Part shown: one piece after another, positions 1 to 13,615 of the stretch
How positions within the stretch are numbered: the first letter of the stretch is position 1
Layout of the letters: each line of letters starts with the position of its first letter
NCBI RefSeq assembly: GCF_000150275.1
Contig: NW_002060947.1
Coordinates: forward strand, 3,526,980 to 3,590,979
Length of the DNA: 64,000 bases
Direction: 5' to 3'
Source: Trichoplax adhaerens
Taxonomy: Eukaryota > Animalia > Placozoa
The notes under the pieces: model-generated
Seen by the model: only the letters and a program-made list of their open reading frames with translations
What the model was told of the DNA's origin: nothing
The model's database searches: none
Made by a program: the position numbers and the translations under genes

Positions 1-3000
1 TAGTAATAAAGTCGACGCTTGAACTATTTGGTCTAAGTATAATAAATAATCATTTATAATAAATACAGGAAATCTTTAGCGGAAAGTTCTATTATAGTTA
101 TGCCGTATTTACGTTAACTGAAGATACAAATAGTAAGTAATTAGCTAACATTTGATTGACTCCAACGCATAGAAAAGGATAATCTTCTGTTCTTGTGTAA
201 AATATTTCCATAATATTACTGCTGACAACTGGTTGATACTTGAATATCTAAAGGATTAATATAACCCAATTGCATAGGAATATTAATTTATTCTTTAGAT
301 GCTGCATTACAAAATACATTTACAATGAAAATTAAAAATACAGTAAAGAAATCTGCTATAATTTAAAATGATAAATTACGGCAATATGTAACCTTAACTT
401 GTACAAATTTGCTTTCTTTGAGGACATATTTCATGATTAATATTGAATCCGACAACTGAGCACATAGGAAACACCGTTGATTATCATATGGATCAGCGCC
501 TAATTATATAGAAAGTCTTAATTTTATTTGCCATAAATACTATTTAATGGGAACTAACGGCAAATAATTTTAACCATCCCGTGATATTAGTGTATAAATT
601 TAAAGGTAAGAAGCTATAGCCAATTGATATAGTATTATGGACATAGATCTGCAATGCTTAAGTGAGAATGGATTTAAAACAATTTATACGGCATCATAGG
701 TGGAGTATTTGATATTATAGTCTACAATGGTACTGGCTATATGCATTTACTGGCATATAGCTAGAGTTAATACTTTATGACATATCAGAGAATATATAAA
801 TATAAAATATAAGTGAGAGGATAATAATACTTACGAATAGTACATCTTTGACACGAAGGAAGCATAGAAATTAGAGCGTCACCAATTGGGTATCTGCTAA
901 TTGATATTATAGAAATAGCATATAATAGTTTGTTCTACAAATTTTTGACAGGAGTATGAGGCTAAAATCTATTAAAACAACATAAGATACATTTGCAACC
1001 TGTTGCCTATCCTGTTGCTCCTTGTAATGGATTTATTTAATCTTGGGAAGAAAGGGCGCGTCAATTTTTTGATATCATAGAAACACAGCGTAGATAGATC
1101 ATGACCTTGATCTATGAAGATATTGTAATTAAATAAACTGAAGGTAGTTAATTTGTTTTATATTACATCTAATAAGATTATAGAGATACTCTCAGATAAC
1201 ATTGGTCAATCTAAGAAATATCAACATAACGTAAAATAGAGTAAACTCTTATAAAAAATTTCTCTTGGGTAGATTCTAGAAGACTACTATATCAGAACAA
1301 ATATTTTAGCAAACAATATATTATGATAGCATAAAAGACTACTATCAATGCTAATTATAAATATCTGATAGCAGCAGCTGTTTAAAAGTAAAAGATCTCT
1401 AACATAGCTATAGCATTCTTATAGAGTATAGGTTATAATCAACTAAGTAATGAGTAAAAAAGCCTATCTAACATACCCGTGATAGCTACCAAGATATCGG
1501 TGTGAATATCAATCCAAGACGTTCTTCCTTTAGTAATTTCATAATAGCATTGCTGCAATATAGGTATGATGTAAAAAATCAAGCGCAGCCTGATTAATTA
1601 TCTGTCATCACTTAAAATTAGCATGACTAGAGTATTGTCTTACCGATTTATTATCAGCATTGGATATTAGGATACCAGTTTCTGTACCCAGTATAATGAA
1701 TTTTTCTAATATGAAAACAGAAATTTAAAGACTAGAAGATTAACCAGAAATGATTGAAGATAGATTCAAATTCAACAACGATACCTAAATGTCGCAATAA
1801 CTGAAAACGTACCATTATTCTTCGATTGCCATATTGCTGCTTTATGAATACGCTTTACGGTATCGAAAGGTAATGACGCTGTTATGGTACATTTATAGGA
1901 CAAATACTGCATTGTAAATATAAAATTAGGTAATTGATAAGATAGCAGATGAATTTACTATTATTAATTGTGCTACCTTGCACATAAATCTGTATAAATG
2001 AAATAAAATACCTTAAATGTTCCCTCTAATACTTGAAATCGTTGATCTGATTGCTGACGATTACTATCGGTGGAAGCATCAGAGATATTTTTTCGTTCTC
2101 GTCGTATTAAGAAAGAGTAGGCATGCTGTAGATTTGAACCAAGTCGAGCAAATTGCCTAATTTTCAATCATACAAAATTCAACTTTGAGCTTTGGTAATT
2201 GAATAAATTGTTAATAGAAGTGCATTTTTACACGTTAACCCGTTACCTGTGAGCTAGTAACATATCAGATTTATTCTTTATCTTTTCATGATCTTTAACA
2301 CGCTGGCTATTATCGGTGGGAGAAACAAGTTTTGCTTGTTTCTCTGTAGATCGTCTAAAATATAACCATAAAAATTTCTTTCTCTAATATCAAAGTTTGA
2401 TCTATCTTTGTAAAACAACGCTGTTCTATGGTCATACCTACGAGTTTTTGTTACGTCTAACTTATTCGTCATCTTTTGATCGTTGTGAATATAGTGGTTA
2501 TTAGAAGAAATACATCCTGATGACTTCGCCACCTTAAATTTATCCAGATGAGATAGACGATATGATGATTGTAATTCCTTATCGTCGTTTTCCTTAGTAT
2601 GGTCAGTACTGAGACATGATGCAGATGCTAATGATCCAGCCTCTTTTAATTTAATAAGCTTATCTTCCATTTGCTCCTGAGCAATTGTATCAGAGGGGAA
2701 TACTATAACTGGACAAGCACGATTACTTAAATAAGGTGAAGGCTCCACTGATTTCCTTGTTAATGGTTTTTCTAAGGATAAATTTTGGCTGCAACTAAGT
2801 ATACACGCAGCAATCTTGTTTTGGTCACTATCATTTATATTAGGAGAAGATTGTAATAAATCCATTCTAGCTGGATTCACTTCTTCACTTTTAATTAGCA
2901 TATACTCCATATGCTGGTATTCGGATATTGTTGAACTTTTCTTATCTTGACGGACAGGTGGTCGAGGTAGAAGAACTGGTGGTCTTTTTCTTGCCTTTCT

Positions 3001-5618
3001 TTCTTTTGAAACTTCCTTTCCATCGTTAGCTGTAGATGTATCTTTTTTGTCTTGGAGAACTGGCCTACGAGGAGTAGGTATTGGTGGCTTTCCTTTTTTA
3101 AATTTGTCTGATAATTTCTTTGTACACTGCTGACTTGTTGAAGGTTTGACTGTATTAACATTTACATAACGAGCTTGCATAGATAGTCTGCTTTCCATAG
3201 ATTTATTCGAAATTGCCCTATCTCTCGCTTGTGTACCCGTATCCTCGGCCTCTGCTGTAACAATTTTAATTGTCTTTCGATTAGATTTCAATAGTTCTAA
3301 GCTATTTTTACGTTCATTATATCTCACAAAACTCCTGCTCACGAATCATTATTAACTTACTACAAGCATCTCCTTTCCTATCATGATCAGCAATTGTAAG
3401 TAATAAGGAATCGCTACCCTTCTTACCTATAACAACCAGAAAGCAAAGTAACTTTATATGATATGTAATTTTAAACTTTCACAATAATTAATCATTTATT
3501 AAGATACCGATCAGCGATAAGCCAACAACTACAGTATCTTTACTAAGGCGTTTTGATTAATTTTATACTTGTTAATTGCATATATCATTACATAATGATA
3601 TAGTGATCACCCTAGAAAATATTTATCAGCTATAGAAAAATTATTTAGTAAGACTGGTGTCTTACCTATTACATCAGGGTAGATATTGGAAGACGGTATG
3701 CTTTGTGATATTTCTCTTGCTAAAGATAGAGCTGTATTCTGGGTATTTTGCTCTTTAAGGGAATCTATCATACCCGTAAATTAATATCTCTTACTAGAAT
3801 TAAATATAGTAATTAAAAGCAATTTTAAGATTAATCAATCTTACATGAATTGATATCGTCGATATTCCACTTTTGACCGCTTGCAATAGCTTCAATAGGA
3901 TTGCTTTCACTGCTGCTATGATTCACTGACACGGTAGATTGAAGGGATTGTGCTGTTTCTGAGGAGTTGCCCATGCCACCATGCCAATCCTCTTCCGCAG
4001 GGATTATGTGTAAATTATGGGGATGAGCGGGTAAGATCGAGGTCTCCATTGGGTGTTTGCACTCTTTCATTATACTTGTATTCCTTGAAGAGCGAGATTT
4101 ATTGGAAATAGCAGCAGCTCTACTCCTGGAAACGTGTATGCTGGGATGACATGGTTTCGTCAAAGGCCATATATTAATTTCTTGTGATACATCTTCGACA
4201 GAAGATTGGCCTAAAGGAACATTATCTACGTTATGCCTATAAGCACACAATTTTGGTGAACGTGGAGGTACAAGTGGTCTGTTTGCAGTTTTTGTTGATT
4301 TCTTAACTGCATCTTCCAAATGTTGCTGATCTGATAAGGCTAAATCCACATTGCCATAAGATGGATGTGATAATGGTAAACACGAAAGTACTGGCGGCCT
4401 GTTTCTTGCTCCGCTCGGCTTCTCAACTACGTTCCCTAGCCATCGCTGATCTAATGAAGATACTATATTCCTTTTCCGTAGTATGCTGTTCGTCAAAGCT
4501 TGATTTGACGAAGCTACTCCTCTATTACTTTGAATAGGATGTAACATCGACGAACATGTAGGTATTGATGGCTTATTTTTTGTTTTATTCCGTTTAATTT
4601 CTATCTGTTGGCGAGCTGGAGAATGCAAAGTATCCATTTCCAGTAAAGTATTATTAGGGATACAAGATTGCTCCGATAAAGGTGCTCTAGCATTAGTTGG
4701 AGTTGGAAGTGTTTTCGGTGAACTTGGAGATATTGATGGCCTTTTTCTTCTGTCACGCAGTTTTTTAGCTGAATCTTCCGTCTGCGGCGAATTTTTCTGA
4801 CTTTCCGTCATAATACCTAGCGTTGCGGAAGACTCTGGCTTATTCAAGCCGTAGTCGTAAAACTTTAACGGACGAGGTGGTTTTAGAAGCAATTCTTGCG
4901 ATATTTTATACTTTTTAGTAGTGATACTGGAGGATCGATCTGCTAGTCGCGATGTTTCCATCTTGAAATGGTCTGGTAAATTTGTTATGTTAGATTGCTC
5001 ATTTGCATTATTCGACGAGAGATTGTCTTGAATCGTCGAAGCTACGTTAGCTCGATCTCTTTGGTTAGGCATCGTTGTTATCTTCGATTGCTTGTTAATA
5101 TTTGATGAAATATCATCTTTAATCGTCGATACTATATGAGAACGATTGCTATAAGAAGATGGCGTTGAGCTAACAACTCCTACTTGTCTTGGTTTACTCT
5201 CTTCAGCAGTATCAGTGATACTACCTAGCGCAGGACTGGTCCTGTTATAACTATTATCTCCATAATCGTCACAACTGATTTGGGTAGGCGATGAGCAGAC
5301 TACTTTTATTTGATTTGATTTATCCGAAAGAATGCCTGATATACTTCTGCGAACCTCATGCTTAGAGGAATGCGACTGAAGAGTTAATTTTGATTCCAAA
5401 GATTTATTTAATACACTGTTAACTTGACGATCAGTAGGAATAGGAGGTAATGGCCTATTTTTCATTCTACACTTAATTCTTTCATCCTTTATCCAATTAT
5501 TCTCAGCATCAGGTGCTATTTCATAAAATCTTTCTTCAATTATAGAGATTGTTGAGTCCTTTTGCATAACTGCATCAACTTCTTCCATTGAATCGATTTC
5601 AGGATATTCGTGATATTT
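1..5618 (-). CDS. Multi-exon gene: long Pro/Ser/Lys-rich disordered region followed by a MAP4K (GCK-I)-type CNH domain; runs off the left edge, 5' end not located
   Basis: Phase-compatible GT-AG exons 5618-3845, 3764-3666, 3426-3361, 3296-(2438 or stop at 2278), 2156-2012, 1906-1813, 1705-1644, 1552-1477, 1111-1000, 893-835, 499-393, 247-~113. The downstream exons read KRIHKAAIW..EKFIILGTETGILI..KGRTSWIDIHTDILVAIT..CQRCTIRADPYDNQRCFLCAQLSDSILIMKY..KFVQVK..MEIF..EDYPFLCVGV, colinear with the MAP4K3/5 CNH domain as recalled (KIHCASSW..QYLIFGAEEGIY..RRCTWL..CQKCCVVRNPY..YLCGALQTSIVLLEW..KFMLIK..FEML..EYPLVCVGV). Many PxxP motifs upstream. Confidence 0.7.
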
Positions 5619-7485
5619 CTAAAATAAAGGGACAAAAATTGACAATTTCTTTTATAAATTATTCCTTTTACCAGCAACACAATCAAAACAACAGCACAAT
5701 AATTTAAAATTGAAGATGAATTTGCCAAAATTCCTATCAACGAATACACTAGGTTTACAAGGATAACAGTCGTGATCGGAGATCTATAAAAACTGAAATA
5801 TCTTCAGATAGTTAAAGTGACTTTTACAGTCAATCAACACAACTTATCAACCGTAAATTTAATGCAATACTTTAAAATGGCGATGAATTAACAATTGCAA
5901 TATGCAGACTCTTGATATTGCTGTGACTGAATCAAATATGTATGAGTATAGACTAATTCATCCTTAATCGATTGTTATGATGAATTATTATCACCCGCTG
6001 CAAAATTATAACATTGCCATGACTGTTAGATAGATTAAGATATCTTATATCTTTAAAGATTGTGGTAATGAACCGTCATCTGTAGTCGAATCATGATATT
6101 GCAAAGTCGAAATAGGAAAATTGGCCAGAGAATATACATTTGCACATACAACATATTTATGACGTATATCTTGTACTGATATTAATTTAACATGTTCGCA
6201 TCAAAATATACCTATATCTATAGTAGTGTACCTTATATAGCATGAGAAATCGTTCAGTGAGAGTATAGAGAATGTCAAACAAAAATTTATCTTACAGATC
6301 CGTGGATTATTAACTTATAGCTGTTTTATCAGTATGAAGTATACGAGTTACGAGCTAATAGTAAACCTGCTGGCTACCTTAGTATTACTATGTTATTATT
6401 GAAATATAGCAAATACCCAAAGGGTAACTCTATAACATGCAGCCAGTATCATTCTAAGTAGCCCTTCGCAGCTAGCTTAGTTTAGCTCGTGAGCATCTCA
6501 AAATGGGTCACATATAACTTATCTCAGTAACGTAGTAACTATAGTATTTTAGCATCATAGCAATTTATTCACTCATTAATGAGATCTAGCCGATCTATGA
6601 TTTACGAATTAGCAAATAAACGGGCCTATCCGGTTAATAGTACCAGACACAAATCGGACCACCAGCGATATCCTCACCCTAACTTGACTACATAGCTTAT
6701 GATCAATCATAATTAATTATCAACTTTGCTCGAATATTTTAACTTTATTATTGATATTTAGGCTTGCTATAATAATTTAGAGGTAATTCCGTAGTGGTTT
6801 AAAGTCGGTTCATGAAAAGTCCTCCGTTTGTATATTGCGGCCACTACTAACTTAATGTTTTCTCTCTTACTGGGGCTATTAAGCTAGACGTACGAATGTG
6901 CGAATTCGACGCGTTAATTGATCCAAACTCACTTCGGATCTATAAATCAGACCTTTAAAGATTCACTAAATGCTGCTAAATTTAAATTAGACATGGATCG
7001 ATTTAATTCAATATCAAATCACAATAATAATTTCCTTCTAGGATTTACCGGAATAGGCAATAATATTAGTGCTACATGAATGAATATGGTACCCTACAGT
7101 GATTTTGTGATAAATAGTCCTCTTGATCTTAGCCTACGCTACTACAATAAGAAATTATAATCTAATTTTTATGGCAAATGCTTCCAAGTCAAATAGCTAT
7201 AATGTTACATAGGCACATGTTTTTAACGTACTTTATACAGTGGATCTAGATTCAATAGTATAAGTATATCATACACCAGTCACAAATTCATATATCGTTA
7301 TGTGATATTTATTGCATCTAGATATGCGCACGGCGATATTTTAATCTTTAAATCATCAATTCGAAATTGGAATTCCATAAGTACAACTGATATGGTAAGC
7401 TATAATATTTTTGTTATTAGTAGAATAAGTCATCTGAGGAATTAGACACTGGCTATCGTTAAATAATATAGATCATAGACATATT

Positions 7486-10400
7486 TTAAAATTTTGTGCA
7501 CTCGTAACCATCAGCCCATGGCTGTTTCTCCCCAGAAGCGAAAAAGAAGTAAACTGCTCCACCGAGGATATATAGAGCAGATGATATATAAAATACCATC
7601 GTCCATTGTTCAGGTTTCTGCAAGTTTAAACATTAAATTTCCATCAAATCTCCCCTTAGGAATCCTAAATTTCTTAAATTAGTTCAAACAACGTGATACT
7701 TACCTCCTCAGTTGTTAAATACCCCACTAAAATTGGACTGACAATGCCAGGAATACTAGCGCAGAAATTCGTCATTCCCAACAATAAACTTGCATACTTC
7801 GGAGATAAATCCAAGTGATTCACAAGATATCCCGATTTACCAAAGCCTGAAAACCCTACTGCAATAGTAACACAAGCAACAGCTGCAGCTTTGGATTTCA
7901 TTTGTGCGGTAATAATGAGAAAGATAGCTTGTCCAAAACATGCTGTAAGAGCAAAGTGATAAGACATTTTAATCAGTTTATAATATTTACATAGCAACTG
8001 ATATTCTTTTCATCAAATTTTCAATGTTGAGTGACTCGTATTATTATATATATTTAAAGCTTTAATCAATTAACGAACAAAGTTACCTATAGTATTAAAC
8101 AACTTCCTAACTGTGGTAGTAGTAAAAGTATTGCGACTTCGCCAATAATCTGCAAGTTGTCCTCCTAACTGGCATGTAATACTCAGACATAAATATGGCA
8201 ATGCCGATAAAAATCCAGTCTGTTAATAAAATATGTGTAATAAATAAATAATTAATTTTCAAAGGTCAATAGCTGATAACATTGTCATTAACATTCGAAC
8301 TGACATCGTTATCCTTCAAATTATCCTAAATTTTCTATTCCCTTACTTTTTCAATATCCATTCCGATAACTCTACTAAAATAGGTTGGTAAAGTTGTTAA
8401 AAAAGTATAAAATCCCCAATTTTCACAAAAATGAGCTACCAAAATAGCCCAAAATGGAGGAGAAGCTAATATAGACTTCCATGGTGGACTTTTCTATATC
8501 AATGAAAAAGTAGCCAATAAATACTCGTGTGATAGGGAAATAATTTTAATCCATTAAGATCTAGCGGTAAATATATATTACACTTTAATACTAAGTAATC
8601 CAAGATGGAAATGGCTTATATCCTGTAATATAACTAATCTATTATTAAATCTTCCCTAAATAATTTATTTTGCTGAAACTTTTAGGAAAGATAGAGTAAA
8701 TTCTGCTGTGAATACCCCATGAACGAAACGTTATGATTCAGAATGGCTTAGTTAAGCATTTAATTAAAATCCCTTAATATAATAATCTGTAGGCATTGTC
8801 AAAAGTAATTTATCGATTGGTAGATTCTATATAGAATGTTGCATATTGTATTAAATCACGTTAGCTGGGATTGCTTAATTAGCTATTTAATTATAATTGT
8901 CAAATAGCATAATCTTATTTATTTAAAATTTTATGAAAGGGTAGAAAAACTTAACAACAGAATATGACCTACAGGACTGACAGAGCCACCTCCTAATGGT
9001 GTAGTTTTACGTAAATATTCTAATTCCTTAGGTGTTATGGTAGGATGATTACAAGGCTGATCGTAAATTATAGCAAACCATACGATATACCAAACGATCC
9101 CAATTACTCCTAAATTAAATTAATAAACAATCTGTCGTAAAATACATTTTAGATATAGAGCAGATGATATTCTAATTTCAGTGGCAATTCACGGCAATAA
9201 CGAACTTACCATAAAAGTAAAACACACTTGACCAGCTTAATCTTTTAGTTAATTCCCCTGCAAGAGGTAATCCAATGACGGTGCCAAAGTAAGCTCCTAT
9301 AAATTTGAGCAGTCGATAATATGAGTAAGTGGAGTTAGGTACTGTAGAAATCTAGTTCTGGTTAAAATTGATCTCCATAGCTTTAAAGTAAGATTTTGGC
9401 AACAACACTGTAGTAGCATATTACTACATTTACTAAACACCAATCATAGAAGCAATATACAAATAATATTGATTACTAGTCAAATACGAATAAATCTGGG
9501 CGATGTTAATTCTAGTAATCCTGCAATGAGTTATAACTTGGATTTCATTGATTTACATAAAGAAGGTCTTCTGAAATTAGTAAAAACATATTACTAATAG
9601 AGTGCCGTAGGGTTAGTGTAGGGTTAGTGATATGCGATATGTAATACTAAAAAACTATCAAAAGTAAAAGTAAATATTCGTGCTAAAAATAGCAGTTGAT
9701 ATTTTTACACTATTGGTATATAATATACGGTAAATCAACATTATTATAATAAATTGATCATTTTCCTCATTTAAGCAGCTGTTACTTATATTTGCTTATT
9801 AATGTAACATATCATGTACGATAAACAACATCCCACCATTATTTTAGCCAACAATAAAGATAGAGTAAAATTTCAACGTCACCAATATCCATTTTTTACT
9901 ATGTCCTCGTTCTTTAATGCTAAATATCGCTAACAATGATATCATTTTATGAGAATTTTCGAAGAATTGTTGCAAAAGATACTCTTCAGAAGCATTAGAA
10001 AGTTTTATAGTAAAGTACTTTACTTCATTAGAAATAAAGAGAAATGGAATTGAAACATTATAGTAATCGTGAGGTAACATCTTCTTTTCAGCTGTCTGAA
10101 TACTTTAACATTGGGCGAATTACGAGTGTAAAGTAATTTAGTTTAGTCATATAAAGCTAAAGTTCCTGCATATGATTTTTCAAAGCAGCGATATTGTATT
10201 CTCAATTGGTAGTAATTATAAGTTAATCAGGGTCTATTGTAAAGGAATTGAGACACTACAGGCAAGTCAACTAAAGCCTTAAATAAATGAAATTTATCCC
10301 AATATTTGGTTAAATTAAGTAGTAGATTAATTTTATCAACCTAAAATTAATCTACTAGTTATTCATAATCTAAATTAAATAAGGCTATTATACAGTATAT

Positions 10401-12430
10401 TTACCCGACATGGATATTGTCGTCAATTTACTCTTTTCCAATGATGGTGCCCAAACGCTCCATATTGCGTGCATTGCAGGATATGAAAATCCCTGAAAAC
10501 ATAAATTACCCATTTAAAATAAATTTTTACTTAGTTCCGTTATTTGGCTCTACTCTGCTATACGAATATTTGTGATAGAGCAAAATTGTCTTAGAACAGA
10601 AAAAAATGTTTCTTCTCTATTCTATATTTTGGTATATTTAACAATAAAAAGTTTATACCTCAGCAATTCCCTCCATAATTCTTATTGCTATAAGGGCTAA
10701 AAAATCCAATCGTGCAGCAGGTGCAGTGAATAAAGTAAAGATAGAAGTGAATAATAATCCAATCCCAAATGTCCTTGTTCCACCAGCATAACCAGCTATC
10801 CATCCACCTGGTATTTGTGTGATCATATAACCCATAAAAAATGATCCTAAGATAACGCCTAGTAAAAGTAGATTACCCATATAAATAATTCGATAATTAA
10901 CAATATTGCTTAGCTTTACACTAACTAACAAAAAGTGCAGCCTATGTAGGGTTATTGGCGATTGATTTTTGTTAGTATGGTGGCAAATGAAAGTGGCTTT
11001 GACTTCAGTATATACAGTATACTGTATATACGTGTACAGTTCAATATCTTACCTTGCTTTGTTGTATCCCAGTCAAATTCTTTCATCTATATTAAGGATA
11101 TGTAAATTGTCAATTCATTTGTGTCGAATGATCTCTATCCCTATTAATTTCGTTATTTAAAGGTTGTAGGAAAATGCTTTTTACTCTGTATGATGTCCTT
11201 CCATATACAGCATGCTATTTCCTAGATTCTTTTTTAGTTATATATAGTTATATATAGTACTGTAGTCAGAAAATTTGAAACTGTCTATTTTGAATACTGT
11301 ACATTTATCAACTTTTACACTGCATGTTTGAAATAATATGCGTAAAAATCAAAACCATTGGCTTTAATTTTTTGTTTTGGTGTAAAGTTATAATCATAGA
11401 TACGGTACTAAAGTACTTTCGCATATTGATAATTTACTGTAGAATTACGACCAATCCTTGCTTGTGCATAGTGAATATAGTGAATAACAAAAGAACAACT
11501 ACAAAAACTCAAATATTGATAGAAATTATACATGTATCTGAGATGATTTTTAGCCATGTTATGTAATCAGATTTCATTTACAACATAATCATCTAGTGGA
11601 TTGGCTAACAAATCAATTATTTGGTCAAAGATTTCGAGAGTAATTCTTACTGAAATGGTGGCTTTCGAATAGCAATGCTTTATTACTGCCAAGGGTCTGC
11701 GATAGCGAATCGCAATAACGCAAACCTCATACTGATTCTTGATCACGTAGACCTTATCAGATTTCCAATAGTAGTGTATTTAAGTAGATTGGATAACTGT
11801 TAAATTATATCATTGAAGTGACCTTAAGGGAATATTTCTAAACTGATTACTTCCAAAAGTTGTGCGAACTTCACTAATGGCTAGTAGAAGAGGATTCACT
11901 TGAAGTCACCAGATTTCATTTACAATACAATCATTCTGTGTGTGACATTACTATTAAAACTGATACTATTCCATCTAAGGAACTGTAGAGAAAATATCGC
12001 CAAATGATCGTTTTCTAGTTAATATTATTGATCGCATAAGGATATTGAAACAGAACACAGAATTTTTTTCTCTTCCACATGCCCGAACATTAGTATTAAT
12101 GAAATTTTGAGTGGCTAATATTTTCATTAAAAAATAGTAAAGTCTTACATGTACAGTTGTGTTATGGCGATGAACGGTTTTATTTGAAACCATATCAACT
12201 AGAGCAACGCTTAAATTAATTCGCATGCCATAAACCAAGCTAAATCCAAGAAATGACATAATTGCCAAGACATATCTCTTAGGTATAAAATCACGGCATC
12301 GAATGCGTAGCGATTTGGGCTCCTCTGGATCTTCATATCGAAATGCCGATGGATGCTTTTGCTCGTCATCTTCATTATCAATCAACTTGCGTTCTTCACT
12401 GCTACGTCTTACAGGATGATTTCCTGACAT
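7486..12430 (-). CDS. SLC17-family MFS anion transporter, sialin (SLC17A5)-like, 10 exons
   Basis: Spliced product contains [113 protein letters not shown]; all exon phases are compatible. N-terminal acidic dileucine EERKLI. Confidence 0.9.
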
Positions 12431-13615
12431 TTCTAAGCAGATCAAATTATTTCTTTATAATGAATACGGAAACCAAGGTTGAACTTTTAATTGCCAACGA
12501 TAGCTATTTTTCACTGTCGCTAGAGTGATTGAATTATTATTATATAATCGTAAGTAACCGCTATATCTTTGCTGTTACACCATCAGCTTTACTTTTGGCA
12601 ATTAATGTTGATTTCTGTGATACGATAGCCAGCAGTTAGTGGTCCAATCATTTCAAGAAATTATTTCTTAAAGTTATGATCAAGTTACGGTCCGATCTTA
12701 CCTGATAAAATATTAAGTCAGTTGCCGAAGGAATATCAACAACGATTGGAGCACTGAATAAATAAATTGGATAGAATAATATTATTATAGAGCCATACTG
12801 TATTGAGTTGTTATGCTGAATAATATCTATACATAGCTATCTTAGAATAGTTGATATATTTGGTAATTCTAGTAATGTAATGTCGCAGTTATGACCATCG
12901 ATCTCAAAATTTATAAAAAGGCAAAACTGTAAGAAATTAGTTTGAAATATAATTAATTTGAGAGAAAATTCGATTTTGTAGGTTTCACTCTTTTCGAAGT
13001 TATAATATGTCCCCAATTTAGCACAGTTTAGCTACCAAATTGATGACTTGTAGCCAATAGCGAAAAATCTCTAGAGTCGTAATCACGATCGAAGGAGAAA
13101 TTTATACGTATCCATATCTCCTCTTTATTCTCAGCCGTCGCCCCTTTTAAAGCATCTAAGTGAGTTATATCAAAACTCAGAAAGGAAGAGAGATTTTTAA
13201 ATTTACATAATTTCGTCACGTAAAGAACCCTTTTATTGATTATGGACAAAAAAATTAAAGTAAAAACTGCCATAATCACTTGGCAGTAATCCAGAAACGA
13301 TGCTTCGTACTATTTATATAGAATAACCCGATCTTCTTAAGTCAAGAACAGGTTTAAATGCTACATAAAAAATTTTGAGTGATATATAGTTTCATTTCGC
13401 CCAGCCAACTTCGAATCATTTTTAACATTGCTTTCAATCTTGTTTTCTGTACTATTGGACTCATTTTTGTATCACAGTTATCTAGAAATGTGTACTACAT
13501 GCTAAAAGTTTATGAACGATGTATTCATATTTGATTTTTTCTATTATTTAATAACAGGGAAAAGTAAATAAAGTGATGGAAAAAGTAAAATTCGACACTA
13601 TCTGATAAATTTTAG

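Noticed and set aside
9604-9630. gtagggttagt x2, telomere-like
   Set aside because: Only a short local duplication, not a TTAGGG array.
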